Of a stretch of 64,000 nucleotides of DNA, positions 39,690 through 55,503 are shown piece after piece. The position numbers and the translations under genes were made by a program. Every line of letters begins with the position of its first letter. The first letter of the stretch is position 1. Origin of the DNA: Eledone cirrhosa (lineage: Eukaryota); assembly GCA_964016885.1 (NCBI GenBank), contig OZ024743.1, positions 102,300,001 to 102,364,000 on the forward strand, given 5' to 3'. The notes beneath the pieces are model-generated. The model worked only from the letters and a program-made list of their open reading frames with translations. It did not search any database and had not been told where the DNA came from.

Positions 39690-42410
39690 AGCGAGTACAA
39701 CTCTGTGCGCCTTCGGTATGTGCTGTATTGCTTTTCCTGTTGCTATTTCTATTGTATTGAGGGTACTCTTTTACGAAGTATCTAGTAGTGCTGGTTTCTG
39801 TATGCTATATAGATATTGGTAATTCCTGGAGTTTTGGTTACGTATTTATCTGTTTTTATCATTCCAAGAGCCCCTGTTTTTAAAACCCTGTTAGGGTTGT
39901 TTCTGTTCTCATCATCCACATTTGCGTCATTTCTATCTTCAGATATTTTCTTCATTTCCTTGATATCTCTATATCGTCGTCTGTGGGGAAAGATAAATGA
40001 ATTAGAAGACAGTTCTTCGTTGTAGCCTTTGATTATAAAATCCAGACGGTTGGCTTTGATCTCCTTATTTGCGTGCAATGTATGCATAAATTCCAGTGTA
40101 TGCAAATCTCAATTCTATCTGTTTTGTGGATATATTCATTTTTGGTTACAACTGCGCAGCCAGAGACAATCTAGTTTATTGTTTCTTCCCCAACACTACA
40201 TATTCTGCAGTTACGGATTGTGTTATTCTTCTTTATTTATTTTGGTTTCTAGCGGGAATGCTTGTGATCTAATGCTGCAATTAGAATTCCTTGAGTTTCC
40301 GCTTTTAGTCCAATGCTTCTTAATCAGTCTTTTATACATTGTGCTAGTCCATTTCCTCCCTCTTCATGTTTCTCGGGTATTGCCCATGTAAAGATATTTT
40401 TTGGAATCGTTTTAGCATGGCAACCTGGAGATCTTTCTTTCTATTTAGATTTTAACATTTTTGTAGCCTCTGTTGCTGTTTCTTCCGGGTTTTCATTTTC
40501 CTTATTATTATCTGTCAAATCTGCTTCTGTTTGGAATTCTGTGACTTCGAAAAGGCAGAAAACACATTTTTGTTTTGTTCATGTTTCATGGTTATTTGTA
40601 TCCACTTTCCATTATTCTTCATTAAATATATTTGTAGCCCTACAGTTGTCATGTTATAATATTTTCCTAGTTGCTTAAGACCCATTTTTCACTGTGTTCC
40701 TGGTAGGTAAAATGTTTCTACATCAGATTTTCGGTGGTGTGTTTCAAATGCAGTCAATATTTGTATTATTTATCTATCTAGTACAGCTAGTTCTATTATT
40801 GTCTAGTTCAGAATGTTAAATCTTTATCTTAATACTGTCCTCGCTAGAATATTGATGCATATTACCTTATTCTTTGCAGTCGTTCTATCTTATGTAGTGA
40901 ACTAATCCGCCTATGGTATTCCTTTCTAATCTCTTTTTTCATTTATATTTATTGAACCCTGTCTAGCTCATTGATTTCTAAGTATATGTTTGTTTGTGTT
41001 TTATCGAATTCTCTTATCAGATTTTCTTTAGCTTGATATAGATTTTAACAAGTTTTCCTCTCTACAGAATTGCATTGGTGCATTTTTCTAGTCCAAATTT
41101 CATGTCTGCATCAGTGTTTCAAGTTGTCTCTCGACTACATTGTATGACGTTAGATCATACATATACTCGATATGGTTAATTTTCTTACCAGTTAATTTTC
41201 TTCTACAGTATCTCAGATAATTGTGGCAGTGCTAGTTAGAAGAGGTGTGTTGAAAGGAAGTTCCATCGAAATATCGCTTTTATAAATGAGATGAGCTCAG
41301 GATTCATAGATTCATCTTTCTCTCGTATCTGCAGAACTATTTTCCATTTAATCATAGCATGTTTGATGAATGTTTTTGGCATTACTTTGTTATGGCTGGT
41401 ATATTCAGGTTCCGCGAGTGGAGACCACTGTTAAAAGAATTCTGAATCATCAATTCGTGTCACGCTGGGATTTTGTTTCTTTTTCTGCAGATTTCTGTTA
41501 TGGATTCATTGATGAGTAAGTCGCCTTCACAGTCATATGAGCCATTGCAGCACCCTTTCTGCTTTTCTGTAAATATGTTGTTATTTCCATATGCTTGGTC
41601 AGTTTCTGCGATATTATTGTATGTTTTAGGAAGGCATATTATGGGTCTATAGTTCTGGGGTTTACTAAGATTTTATTTTGGGGGATCAGGGTGGTTTTCT
41701 CTTTAGCATCTCTTTAAAAGTCTTGCAAATACACCATGTGTTCTTGTTAAAAGTTTCAACCAGAAATTTGGCTTTTTGACATGTCCCCGTGCATTCCAAG
41801 TTATTTGCTTCTTATTTCAATACGATATACACTACTGTTGTGTTATCTTCTCATAGTTACTCAGAAGCTGTGTTTGTTGTTCTTATTATTCTCATGCTTG
41901 GCAATTTCCCTGCTGCCAATAATCCTCCCTAGAACGTTTTCCCTCCTTTTAATTTTGGGGTTATATTTACCTTTATTTTGCTTCTAATAAGTTCCAGTTA
42001 GACTCGTTTTGTGCTGGATTATAATTGCTGATTTTGTTAAAGGTCTGTTAGCGTGTTTCATATCTGGGTTTTTTTGTGATTTAGCAAGTATTTGTTGTTA
42101 TAGGCATTTTTTAGTTATAGCGAATTCCTTTCCTGTTATATATTATTTCATGACTATTTTTATTTTCTTCCCTTTTCCATGTTAGGTTGTTTTGTTTCCT
42201 ATGTAATTCAACATTTGGAAGTCTCTTCTTTTATTTTCTATCTTTGATTTCCATGTTTGTGTGAGTTCTTGTATTTTATTTCTGTATAGGACTAGGGGGT
42301 ACATATTTTCTTTTGTAACAGATTGACTAATGCATGTATTGTTATTTAACCACGTGATACTAATTTTTCTGATTGTATTGATTTAATCTATGATAGCCAG
42401 TTTAGCGTGT
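39690..42410 (-). mobile_element. Decayed, internally deleted R4/Dong-clade LINE (RT + restriction-like endonuclease)
   Basis: NYRPIICLP, EKQKGCCNGSYDCEGDLLINE, KEIKANRLDFIIK (RPD-derived), TGALGMI; ends in AAT-rich tail. Confidence 0.78.
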
Positions 42411-42554
42411 TTTATAATTGTTTCTACTTTTGGCACAAGGCCAGCAATTACCCCAGTGTATTACTGATACTTTATTTTTTCGACCCCGTAAGGGTGAAAG
42501 GCAAAGTTAACCTTGGCGGATTTGAACTCAAGTTAACTTCGGCGGGATTATAAT

Positions 42555-43650
42555 GGTTGCTAGTTTCCCTTCGCCTTTTATCGTCGGGAGGTGTTTTCTT
42601 TCCTCCATTGAATCTTCTATTTTATGCAGTTCTTGCATTAATTACATGCTTATCTTATCATGGTACTGAATTCCGTTTTCAGAATTTCTTTTACGTACAT
42701 CTTCCTTTCATTTATAATTTTGACTGTGTTGTCATGAAATTGTTTTTATTGTTTAAAATTCTGTATGTATTTTCAATACCCTTAGTCGTAATATTCGTAT
42801 CATTTGGTATGGCCACATTGATGATCTGACAGTATTTGACTTTCTTGTTTAACTTGACAATGCCTGGTCGGGGATGCTTAATATCAGTTTGAAAGTCATA
42901 ATCCCGGAATATCGTTTGTTTTCCACCCATTCTCCTGCATTACTTTACAAGGCACATGTTCATACCAATTCTGTATGACTTCATATTGGTATTTACGACA
43001 TAGAAGCCAAAGAATGTATAGACACACTATATTATGGCAACAGTTGTATGCTTCTTACACAAGGTTCTCACATCCAATTATCAAGTGAGCCACATTCTCC
43101 ACATTTTTTCCACAGAACCTGCATATTTCGATTTCAGATGTTTTGTAGATGTTATACTTCACCGAATTGATAGCAAGAGCTTGGTCATGCACTCCAACTA
43201 TAAGACCTTCACTGGCACGTTTCAAATCACCTTTGATATCCTGTTTATTTCTCTCAATCTGACAATGCATCCTTACTCCTAGTAAGTCTTCTATTCTTTT
43301 CTCTTTTGCTCTTTGTTTAATATCTTCCTTTCCAATTATGTCTACTGCATTTATATCCATATCTTCTGCTGCATATATCAACAACTCTTTGTCACTGTTT
43401 ATCAACTATTCAGCAAGCGTCCTCCTTTCACACCTTATACAATGATCCATCCTCTTCCACCATTCTTTCTCTTCATGTATAGTATATCAATATTTGCTTT
43501 GGGGTGTAAAGCCCTTCACAATATCATTAATCTTCTCGTTTTTCTATGAAATTATGATCTTTCTTCTTCAGTCCAACGGAGAATAGATGCACTATATCTA
43601 TTCACTCCAACTCTCCAGTAACCATTGCAGCGAGCAGATTTCTCGCAATC
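42555..43650 (-). mobile_element. Second R4/Dong-clade LINE 3' fragment (another RLE fragment at ~44150-44385)
   Basis: SEGLIVGVHDQAL...CRFCGKNVENVAHLIIGC (CCHC knuckle), DFQTD...RPGIV...CQIINVAIPND (RLE). Confidence 0.82.
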
Positions 43651-43734
43651 AAGTTGGATTTTGAAATCATTTTAATTCTTTTAAAATATATCCCTCTAAC
43701 CTTTACATTTATTTCTACATGCAAAATATCAGTG

Positions 43735-43900
43735 TCTTCTTCTTCTTCTTCTTCTTCTTCTTCTTCTTCTTCTTCTTCTTCTTCTTCTTCTTCTTCTTCT
43801 TCTTCTTCTTCTTCTTCTTCTTCTTCTTCTTCTTCTTCTTCTCTTCGTTGTTGTTGCTGTTATTGTTATTATTGTTGTCGTTGTTATTATTATTATTATT
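43735..43900. repeat. (CTT)n followed by (GTT/ATT)n microsatellite
   Basis: Direct reading. Confidence 0.97.
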
Positions 43901-45124
43901 ACACTGTTGCAGAACATCTAAAATTTGTACTGGATTAGAGATATCAGCTGTGCTCAGCTTGTGAAACGAGGTGGCACCTTCAAATTCAATTCCAAGTAAT
44001 ATTGTTTTATACAAGTTTTCCACCCCTTGATAACTTGCCTTTCGTCCTTACGAGGTCGATAAAATAAAGTACCAGTAATGTTCTGGGTAATTGCTGGCCT
44101 TGTGCCGAAAGTAGAAACAGTTAGTTGTATATAGTTTTATGTTTATTGCCTGACTGTTTATAGTGCATCCACAACATGCAGAATCCCTTCTACCTTCTTC
44201 TTTACATATAGATGTCTTATCACCCAAGCTAGCTCTTTGCATCTTCCCGTTTTCTTGGCTTCTTTGTCGCCAAGGTTATAATCTGCTGCGTAGGCTATAC
44301 CCAAAATAAGTCATTCTTTGTTGTTTTTGTTTACTACAATGATAGCTGATTTTTTTTCTACTTCATTGTCACATTGGACCATGATTATTATTAATATTAC
44401 AAACTGTTTTCCAATCTGAGTTCATTTCATTGAATGTTTACAATCACATTTGAACAGGAAGCTTCTCACATTGACGATACTTCTACTTGATTCACAAGAG
44501 ACAGAGTAAAAAAAAAACATTCTTGTAAATTTTTAAAAACACTGAAAGATGGAATATAGAACAACATAAATTATTGATATTTTAAATAACGGGGTTGAAA
44601 ATATTATATGACAGTTTAATTGTTCGGCTATGACCATTATACGTGAAAAGAGAATTTTACGAAAAAAATCGATTCCTATGATTCTCTCAGTAAGAATAAA
44701 ATTAAAAAGCTCATAAATTTGATATATTCCAGTAATATAGTACAGATGATAGTTATATAGAAACATAACTAGCGAATATCTTATGAGAATGTCAATACTG
44801 TGTAGAGACTAGAATGAATACCTGCTTGAACAAACATCGATGTAGTATTAAAAGACATAATATATTTACTATCCCATCCAGATTCGAAACCTTATTTAGG
44901 ATTGACACCGACCTCATTTGAAACGGGATATGATCAGTATTTTCAATCATTCTTGAACCATATATACACACATACACACATACACACATACACACATACA
45001 CACAGAAAGACATACACATATGCATACACACAGACACACACATACACAAACACACACACACATACTCACATGCACATAAATAAGCATATGCTCAGTTCTT
45101 TCTCTTTCTCTCTCTCTGTATATA

Positions 45125-45200
<76 letters not shown>

Positions 45201-45251
45201 GCATACACGCTCAGGCACACACACACACACACACCTATATACAGAGAGAGA

Positions 45252-45316
<65 letters not shown>

Positions 45317-45714
45317 GGAGAGAGAGATAGAGAGAGAGATATAAAGACAAGGGAGTGTAAGAGAGAGTGTGAGAGTGAGCATTTAAATTTCGTAATAAAT
45401 ATCCAGTTAGGTAGAGCAATCAATCCGAGGACGAGTTGTGATATATAACATTTAGATCCCTGACAAACGATTTGTATTATCAAAGAAAACTAACAATCTG
45501 TATGAGCTAGACCAACCCACATACAATCACTTAACACATAAAAACATAACTTCCAGATATACTAAGGTAGGTATCATAACATATATATGTATACTGATTA
45601 TATTTCTCAGTAGAAAAGTGCAATGGGCCTTTGTCCACAGCATCAATAATTTCTCTAACGATACATGGCTCTTCCCCACTCTCTCTCTTTATATATATAT
45701 ATATTTTTTAATTG

Positions 45715-45784
<70 letters not shown>

Positions 45785-46305
45785 GTTTGAGTGTGTATTG
45801 TCTGGGAAATCAACATTGGACTAAAAATTGTATGAGATTTTTCCAGTACTTAACTTGGTAATTTTTTGATGAAACTCGGAAAGATGAAAGACAGTGCAGA
45901 TAAAATATTCTAGCCTAAGTTTTAACAACTTTGCTAATTGGTCGGCTTCAATATTCTGTTACTTAAGGTTAACAATGTTATGGGTATAGGATATTTGAGA
46001 AATGCGACAGACAATCTTTTATATTCCAGTTTTATTATTGCATTAGACTGAATAAAATTCTCCCACAAAATCAATCGGAGGAATGTTGATTAATACATTT
46101 TTGTACTTAAATGAAGTTTATATCACGTATTCCGGAACATTTGAAATGATTGCTGATTGTTGATATATATATATATATATATATATTTTAATCTTATTAT
46201 TTTCAAAGATGATAGTATATCATTCTTCTTATATATATATATATATATATATATAAACGGAAAAAATGAAACGTCGGTATACATATATGTATGTACGCGT
46301 ACATA

Positions 46306-47518
<1,213 letters not shown>

Positions 47519-47774
47519 CCGAACGAAGGAAGTGTGGTAAGGAACCAGATGGACCATAACGCACCAGAGTACTATTTCTGGACGCGAGTCCAGAAATAGC
47601 CGTCGAAACGGGTTGGGCTCTGCCGTCAGGGTTAAACATTTTCCTATATATATGTATATATATATATGCATATATATATCCATGTATATATATATATATA
47701 TATGTATACATATATATATGTATGTATATATATATATATATATATATATGCATATATATGTATATATATATGTA

Positions 47775-50219
47775 TGGCCTAAGTGATTCCTTTCTGTCGT
47801 CTATTCCTAGCTGTTTGACTATATTGTGTGCCTCGTTGTTGATGTTTATCAGTACCGCTTCATTAGTTTTTTTGTATTTCCTATGTAATTCCTTTCGTAT
47901 GAAGCTATTGTATCTATTAACATACATCGTATACACATTTGATGTTTTGTCCGCTTGGACAATAATTCCATTGGTCAATATTCCATTGGACAATATAATC
48001 AAACACCTAGGAATAGACGACAGAACGGAGCCACTTAGGCCATAACCCCCACATTTAATCTCAAGGACCACAAGGAACATTTTGATTATAACCCCACAAT
48101 TAGACTTATATGCCCGTCCAAATCGGACATCGGGAAAATTAGTAAACATATATTAGACAGAGTGATAGCACAAATGAAGAATAAACTAGTGAGTAAACTA
48201 TGAGGTAACGCTACCGAAACAATTAAGTGGTTTAACAATATAGCTAACAAAGAAGTATATAAATTTATACAATTTGACATTAACGACTATTGCTCCTCTA
48301 TATCCCCCAACACCTTGGATAAAGCCTTAGCATTCGCCAAAGCCAATTCTGACATAACAGACGACGAAATAAAAATCATATTAGCTGCTAGGAAAACAAT
48401 AATTAAATTTGAAAACGCCTATTTGGAACGTAATTATAGATTAAATAACTTTGACATCACGATGGGGGTTAACGACTCGGCTCAAGTCACAGATTTAGTA
48501 GGTATTTACATAGCCCATAGTTTACAAAGTGAGTTTAGAGACCTTCACGGTGGAGTCTTAAGAGACGACGCCCTTCTCCTAGTTAAGAACCTAAATAACC
48601 AGAGCATAGAAAGACTCCGTAAGAATATTAAACAGACTCTCGGGAAACTAGGCCTTAGCATAACATATGAGTATAACACTAAAACAGTTAACCTTCTAGA
48701 CGCGACGCTTAACCTAAATAGGGGACTTATAAGACCTTTTCACAAGATTAATGAAAACTTAGCATACATCAACTGTAACTCAAACCACCTACTCTCCATA
48801 ATTAAATTCATTCCACGCAGCATATCCCTTAGGATCTCCGGCCTCTCGTCTAACCGACAAATCTTCGAAGAACATGCAGAATACTACAATACCGCATTAG
48901 ACAAGGCAGGCCACTTACATAGAGTAGAATATATAGATAAAAGCCTTCGTAAAGCGCATACGAACACGCATAACACAAACTCCAGAAACACACGCACACA
49001 CGCACTTACGCATAGAACTACAAAGTATACGGTAAATAGAAATACAACATCGAAATCAAACAAGTCACGCATTAGAAAACATATTTGGTATAACCACATA
49101 TTTAACACCTCTATTAGTACTAACCTACCCTCTACCTTCTTTAGAATAATAAATAAGCACTTTCCAGATTCACATGGATACAGCAAAATCCTTAACACTA
49201 AATCTATTAGACTATCTTACTCCACGGCACCAAATATAGAGGCACATATTAAGATGCTTAACGCTAAAAAGATACATAACAACACCAGAACACAAATTTA
49301 CAACAATAACAATAGAATCACCATTGAACACAACAGAATATCTAATACACAACCACCCACTAATAGGCAAACAAAACGTAACACACTTGTACAGGCATCG
49401 CAGCCCACCAATAATGCCAAAGTTGCCCATGACAAGAATTGTAACTGCCACCTACCTGAAACCTGTCCATTACATAATGAATGTATGCAGTCTAATCTGG
49501 TTTACCAATGCACAGTGGACTCACACAACCAGAAATGGTATTACATCGGAGCGACTGGGAATACATTTAAAGCCCGTTGGTATACACACCGTTACGCAAT
49601 GAAACATTCCCAGCATCGTTATGTAACTACCCTTGCAAACAAGACCTGGAAACTGAGGGAAAGTAACCATCAATACACCCTGAAGAAAAAATTATCGAAC
49701 GCGCCCCCATATCGGAGTGGTATGAGAAGCTGTCGATTATGCGACCTTGAGCTATTCCACATCTTGAGTTCGAAGAATAAGTTACTCAACAATAAAATCG
49801 AAAGATCAATTTATCGTAACCATAGACTCAAAGAGAAGTTTTCGCACTACAAGTGCAAATCGAACCCTTAACCTCTTACTACCAACTGACAAACTGCATA
49901 TACTTAGATTTTATACCCTCTTGTATCTAAACCCTTTTCTTTACCCACAAAAACCAATACCTAGATACCCCCTTCTCCTTCATTCCTCTTCTATTTCTTC
50001 GTTTTCTTCTTTCCTTCCCTCCCCTTTTTGGCTATCTTTTCTTTTCTTCTTTCTGCCCCCCCCCCCCTTCTTTGCTTTTATTTTTGTCATACAGGGTCGA
50101 TAAAATAAAGTACTAGTAATGTACTGGGTAATTGCTGGCCTTGTGCCTAAAGTAGAAACAATTATTATCTTTATCTTTATTTTTTATATATATATTTATC
50201 TCTTTAATCCCCCCCCCTA

Positions 50220-50266
<47 letters not shown>

Positions 50267-50700
50267 ATCCCTCCCACTATGATCAATTTAATTCTCTTTA
50301 ACTCACTACATTCCACGACATGAAGTCTACTTATCAAAACTGATCAAAGAATCCTTCCACCTCTACCCCTCCCTCCATCTCAGTTTGTCACACAACTTCC
50401 TAACTCATCCCCCTTCCTCTCTCTCTATACTATTCCGTTTGATCCCTCACCTTCTGATACCTCTCTCTATATACTAGTAAATACAATTCCAAATAAATGT
50501 TTTTCTCTATATATTAAGAATTATTTCAAGAGTAACTTACTCACTATTTTGAAAATTTGGACTGTGAACAACAATTATAATTGAGTGGCTGCTATTTGCA
50601 GTATAGCAATATAAGGTTGCACTTACCAATGAAACGGTCGTAAATACCCGGATTAAATCCTTCTCTTAATGCTTACCTGTGTTTTCTCTTTTATACTATA
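47775..50700 (+). mobile_element. Penelope-like retroelement (YRDD type), 5'-truncated with inverted segment 47775-47985; 3' boundary approximate
   Basis: Inverted part encodes ADKTSNVY...KQLGIDDR; direct part KDHKE...[16 protein letters not shown]...FIQFDI leads into the 518-aa ORF. Confidence 0.9.
48315..49871 (+). pseudogene. PLE RT/GIY-YIG reading frame remnant (518 aa open), probably inactive
   Basis: FDITMGVNDSAQVTDLVGIYI, GGVLRDDAL (consensus GLYRDDGL), CNCHLPETCPLHNECMQSNLVYQC...YYIGATGNTFKARWYTH, CRLCDLE; upstream RT part interrupted by stops. Confidence 0.88.
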
Positions 50701-50842
50701 TATATATATATATGAAATATATAGATTTAGCATACACATAAACTAGACAGAGTCATAGATATATATATATGTGTTTTTGGCGACCATTCACGGTGTGGCT
50801 CAATGACGAATTAATTAATTAAATAATCAACAATCAGAGCAA

Positions 50843-51477
50843 TATATAAGAAAGTAAGTCCATAGAATCATTTGATAAAATATATACAGTATTTCCTCTC
50901 CCAATCAGCATAATTAACCACACAAAAAATCAATTAAACGAGGCTATAAGTTTAAAATGCGCTTTCTAGCAACCAGTCCATTCGCCGTCAGGCACCAATC
51001 ACAAACTTTCTGACTTGACCACTAGCCACGTGACAGTTCTTAGCCATTTTGAATTCGTTTCTGGCGGGGATCATTAAAGAAAAATCTTTGTCCAATTGAG
51101 TTTGTATCCCGATGATTTCGAAACTCGTGAATTTATCCATGATCGGATATTTCCAAAAAGCGAATGAAACCCCATGGGGTAGAGACATACTTTTGGTATG
51201 TTTATATGCATTTTTCTTCTAACTTTGATTTTGTACCTAATTGTGTATGGGTGGCTATATGTCTAATCGATTTCTACGGGATATTAGAAATACTAGGTAA
51301 ATCTTCTGTGGCTGTTGATCGCAGATAAAATAGCTATCATTTATTTATCTATTGTTTCTTCATAGGTGCATTTAAAACTTATAGCCTCGTTTAATTGATT
51401 TTTTGTGTGGTTAATTATGGTGATTGGGACAGTAAATACTGTATATATTTTATCAAATGATTCTATGGGCTTACTTT

Positions 51478-51484
<7 letters not shown>
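50843..51484. mobile_element. ~635-bp non-autonomous foldback/MITE with ~115-bp TIRs between TA repeats
   Basis: AAGAAAGTAAG(T/C)CCATAGAATCATTTGATAAAATATATACAG... at 50848-50960 mirrored at 51368-51480. Confidence 0.85.
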
Positions 51485-51561
<77 letters not shown>

Positions 51562-51579
51562 ATATGATATATTTAGATA

Positions 51580-52345
51580 TCTTACCCTTAGTCTTAGGTT
51601 GTTCTCCGCCGTTCGGCGCATCGAGCAGTAACTACTCGCCAACGGTCACATTCAGCGGCGATTGTTTCTCGTCTGTGCCATGTGCTGTTGGATGTCATCA
51701 GATCTTTTCGGAACGTTCGCCACCAGGGGGTACGGGGAAACCTCGCCCCCGTTTGCCACCAGTTTGCCACCATTGCATGCGCAGAATATGGCCAGCCAGG
51801 CGGCACCGGCACTCCGTGACCATTCTTTCGGCTCCCCACGACTCTCCGCAGGGTCTCGCACTCGATCGCGCCAGGACACACTAAGAATCATTCGCAGGCA
51901 CCACTGCTCGAAAGCATTCAGCCGTCTCTCTATCTGTACCGCGCTCTTCTAGGTTTCGCTTGCGTAAAGCACTGTCGGCAGCACGATGCTCTTGTACAGG
52001 TGCAGCTTGGTCCTGGTGCATCCGCTGGAATGCTGCGGCTCATATGCCGATCCGACATTTGATGTCTAGCTACGCGTTGTCTTAGCTATCCAGGATGCTG
52101 TCTAGATATGTGAAGTGATCGACTTCCTCAATGTCTTGTTGGACGACTCTGATCGCTGGCCCTGTGTTGTTGGCTGTTCTCACCACCTTGGTCTTTTTGA
52201 TCTTGATTCTCAGGCCGATCTTTGCCGTTGTTAGGGCTTGCAGATCTGCACTGTCTTCAGCATTCAAAGCGTTGTCGTCGGCGCATGCCAGGTCTCTTAT
52301 CTGGACTCAGTTCGTATGCAGCGGCATTCCTGCATGATACATCGC
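51580..52345 (-). mobile_element. Decayed RTE-clade LINE 3' fragment
   Basis: [42 protein letters not shown]...DRWR; CTAAG-type tail. Confidence 0.88.
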
Positions 52346-52397
<52 letters not shown>

Positions 52398-52477
52398 CTA
52401 CAGTGACATATACAGATACCCAAGTTTAGTTGGGTTCTGGGCACCAATTCCTTCAGCATGTATATATATATATATAT

Positions 52478-52969
<492 letters not shown>

Positions 52970-52970
<1 letters not shown>

Positions 52971-53596
52971 TAGCAGTGGTACCCGGTGTTGCACTGCATA
53001 AGGTATTTTGGAACACGGACCGCCAACAGACCTAATCGTGTAAAAACTGCATGCCTTGACAATATGTAAAGAAAACAAACCGAATACTCTGATGGATAAT
53101 CTGTAAGATTTTCCTCGATGAAGAAGGAAAAATGCAGATTTCACCTAATGCGGGCCATAGGAGATCAAGAAAATGAATTTTTTTATGTGCATAATATGCC
53201 TTGAAATTTCGAAAAAAAAAAGGCTAGACGTAACGCCTCAAAAAGACCTAAAAAGCTGAAAAAATGAAGTTTTTCACCTAATGCGGGCCCTAGGCTATAG
53301 AAAAGTTGGATTTTCTTTGCTTACGATATGAAGAAGAGACTGACTAATACATAGTTACAATTTAAAGAAAATCGGTCTGACGTAATGTCTCACAAAAACC
53401 CTAAAAATCTGAAAAAACGCAATTTGTCACCTAATGCGTGCCCTAGGGGATCAACAGGTTGAATTTTATTATGTGCATAACACTCCCTGTAACATAAGTA
53501 ATTCACATGTAAATTTTGAAAAAATCGGTTGGGTACTTCTCGAGTTTTAGTCATTCAAACTCACAGACACACACACACACAGACAGACATCCTCAG

Positions 53597-53605
<9 letters not shown>
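52970..53605 (-). mobile_element. Non-autonomous Helitron with three internal ~135-150-bp repeats
   Basis: Minus 3' end GTGCAACACCGGG-TACCACTG-CTAG|T; 5' part GATGTCTGTCTG(TG)n; CACCTAATGCG repeated at ~53142, 53275, 53428. Confidence 0.8.
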
Positions 53606-53677
<72 letters not shown>

Positions 53678-53739
53678 TACAATATATTAATAAATGGAAA
53701 CTATATTTATAAAACCATATTTATTTTAGTATATATATT

Positions 53740-53969
53740 TCAAGGGCAGCCAAAGCAAATTATGCTGAGCTTTCATCAGATAAAATACAGATTTGTTTTA
53801 TAAATAAATATTGACATACCCGGAAGAAAGACAACCTTAACGGTTGAAGTTCCCTGGGTCCTTCAACTGTTAAGGTTGTCTTTTTTCCGGGTATGTCAAT
53901 ATTTATTTATAAAACAATCTGTAATTTATCTGATGAAAGCGCACCATAGTTTGCCTTGGTTGCCCTTGA
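53740..53969. repeat. 230-bp near-perfect palindrome (foldback element)
   Basis: ~110-bp arms TCAAGGGCA...GTTGAAG / CTTCAAC...TGCCCTTGA around an ~11-nt loop. Confidence 0.9.
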
Positions 53970-54428
53970 GTGTTGAGTGCTTTATATCAGTTATAAAAAA
54001 AATTTAAGCTTCTTGAATCCCAACAAATTAAATATAACCTCTGCATATATATATATGTATATTTGTGTGAGTGAGTGTCAATCCAGAGGTTATTGAGAAA
54101 AATAACCTGCTGTATTCGTTAATTAATTGAAGATTAATAACCCTTATTAAATTTAAAACTATATTCCTTATGTTTAAGATATATTAATGACCACATGATA
54201 GAATGCGCTCAATCTGTTATTTATAACTACCAGGAGAAGAACTGCCCCTTGGGCGGTTTTCTGCTAGCATATGTAGTGTGCATATTGGTATTATACGTAT
54301 ATATATATGTATATATACGAAGAAGATATTGTCAATTTACCTTTCAATTTACATATCATATCTATATATGCATATATGCATATATATATATATATATAAA
54401 TATATATATATATGCATATATATATATA

Positions 54429-54480
<52 letters not shown>

Positions 54481-54485
54481 TATAC

Positions 54486-54577
<92 letters not shown>

Positions 54578-55500
54578 TCTATATATATAAAACTGTGGTT
54601 GTCTGTCTGTCTGTCGATTTTTGGCACACATCTCCTCTTAGAATCTCTCACGCAATTGCACCGAAATTGCTATACTTGTACATTGAGCCCTAGCGAAGAC
54701 ATCGGAAAAAAAATAATTTCAAATTGACCCACCCTATGTGACGAAATCGAATATAATGTATCGATTTTTGAGCGTAAGTTATCAGTTATTTCCCTTTGTT
54801 CTGTTTACATTGAGCGTCTTACGTAAAAAATTACGCTGGCTTTCTCAGCGTTTAAAATGACATTAAATTCATCAGTTCGAACACTAAGCTTCCGTTTTGC
54901 TTCATTTCCATTTAAAAGCATTTTAAAACAATATTTTTACTTGAAAACAAGTCTATTTAAAGACTACGTAAAACAAGCAAATATTTCGTCGTTAGGCGTG
55001 CAGACAGACAGTCGTGCAGAGAGGTGATATACGCGTGCAGACAGATAGTCGTGCAGAGAGGTGATATAGGCGTGCAGACAGACAGTCGTGCAGAGAGGTG
55101 ATATAGGCGTGCAGACAGACAGTCGTGCAGAGAGGTGATATAGGCGTGCAGACAGATAGTCGTGCAGAGAGGTGATATAGGCGTGCAGACAGACATAACT
55201 GATAATTTGGTTACGCTAATGTTTTTCTCTGCGTTGCAGTGTTTACATTTTCGATCTTTGTTAATAAATAACCAGTGCAGTTTCTATCCCCAGCATCCTC
55301 TTTTGTTATAACATTCGGGTCATCGTTATGTTTTCTTAACTTCATAAGGCATATTGTTGGTTGAGGGAATATTAATCAAAAACACCACATGCAAGTCTGC
55401 ACAGTAGACACTACAGTTTTTAAGCCAAGAAAGAAACTTAACATTGTAACTTTAACACAGCTACTGAGCGACCCCGAGCAACGCCGGGATTTACTGCTAG
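54578..55500 (+). mobile_element. Non-autonomous Helitron A
   Basis: A|TCTATATATATAAAA...(GTCT)n start; 3' hairpin CCCGAGCAACGCCGGG (55473-55488), then CTAG|T. Confidence 0.9.
54994..55195. repeat. 37-bp tandem repeat, ~5.5 copies, inside Helitron A
   Basis: AGGCGTGCAGACAGA(C/T)AGTCGTGCAGAGAGGTGATAT at 54994, 55031, 55068, 55105, 55142, 55179. Confidence 0.97.
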
Positions 55501-55503
55501 TAA

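Noticed and set aside
48315-49871. Intact active or domesticated gene
   Set aside because: Catalytic YRDD reads LRDD, the upstream RT part has stops, and the element is 5'-truncated and inverted
53925-53960. CTGATGA hammerhead-like start within the palindrome
   Set aside because: No GAAA box or stem I/III pairing follows
54994-55195. 37-bp repeats of CRISPR-repeat length
   Set aside because: Units are directly adjacent with no unique spacers and no cas genes; eukaryotic context, inside a Helitron
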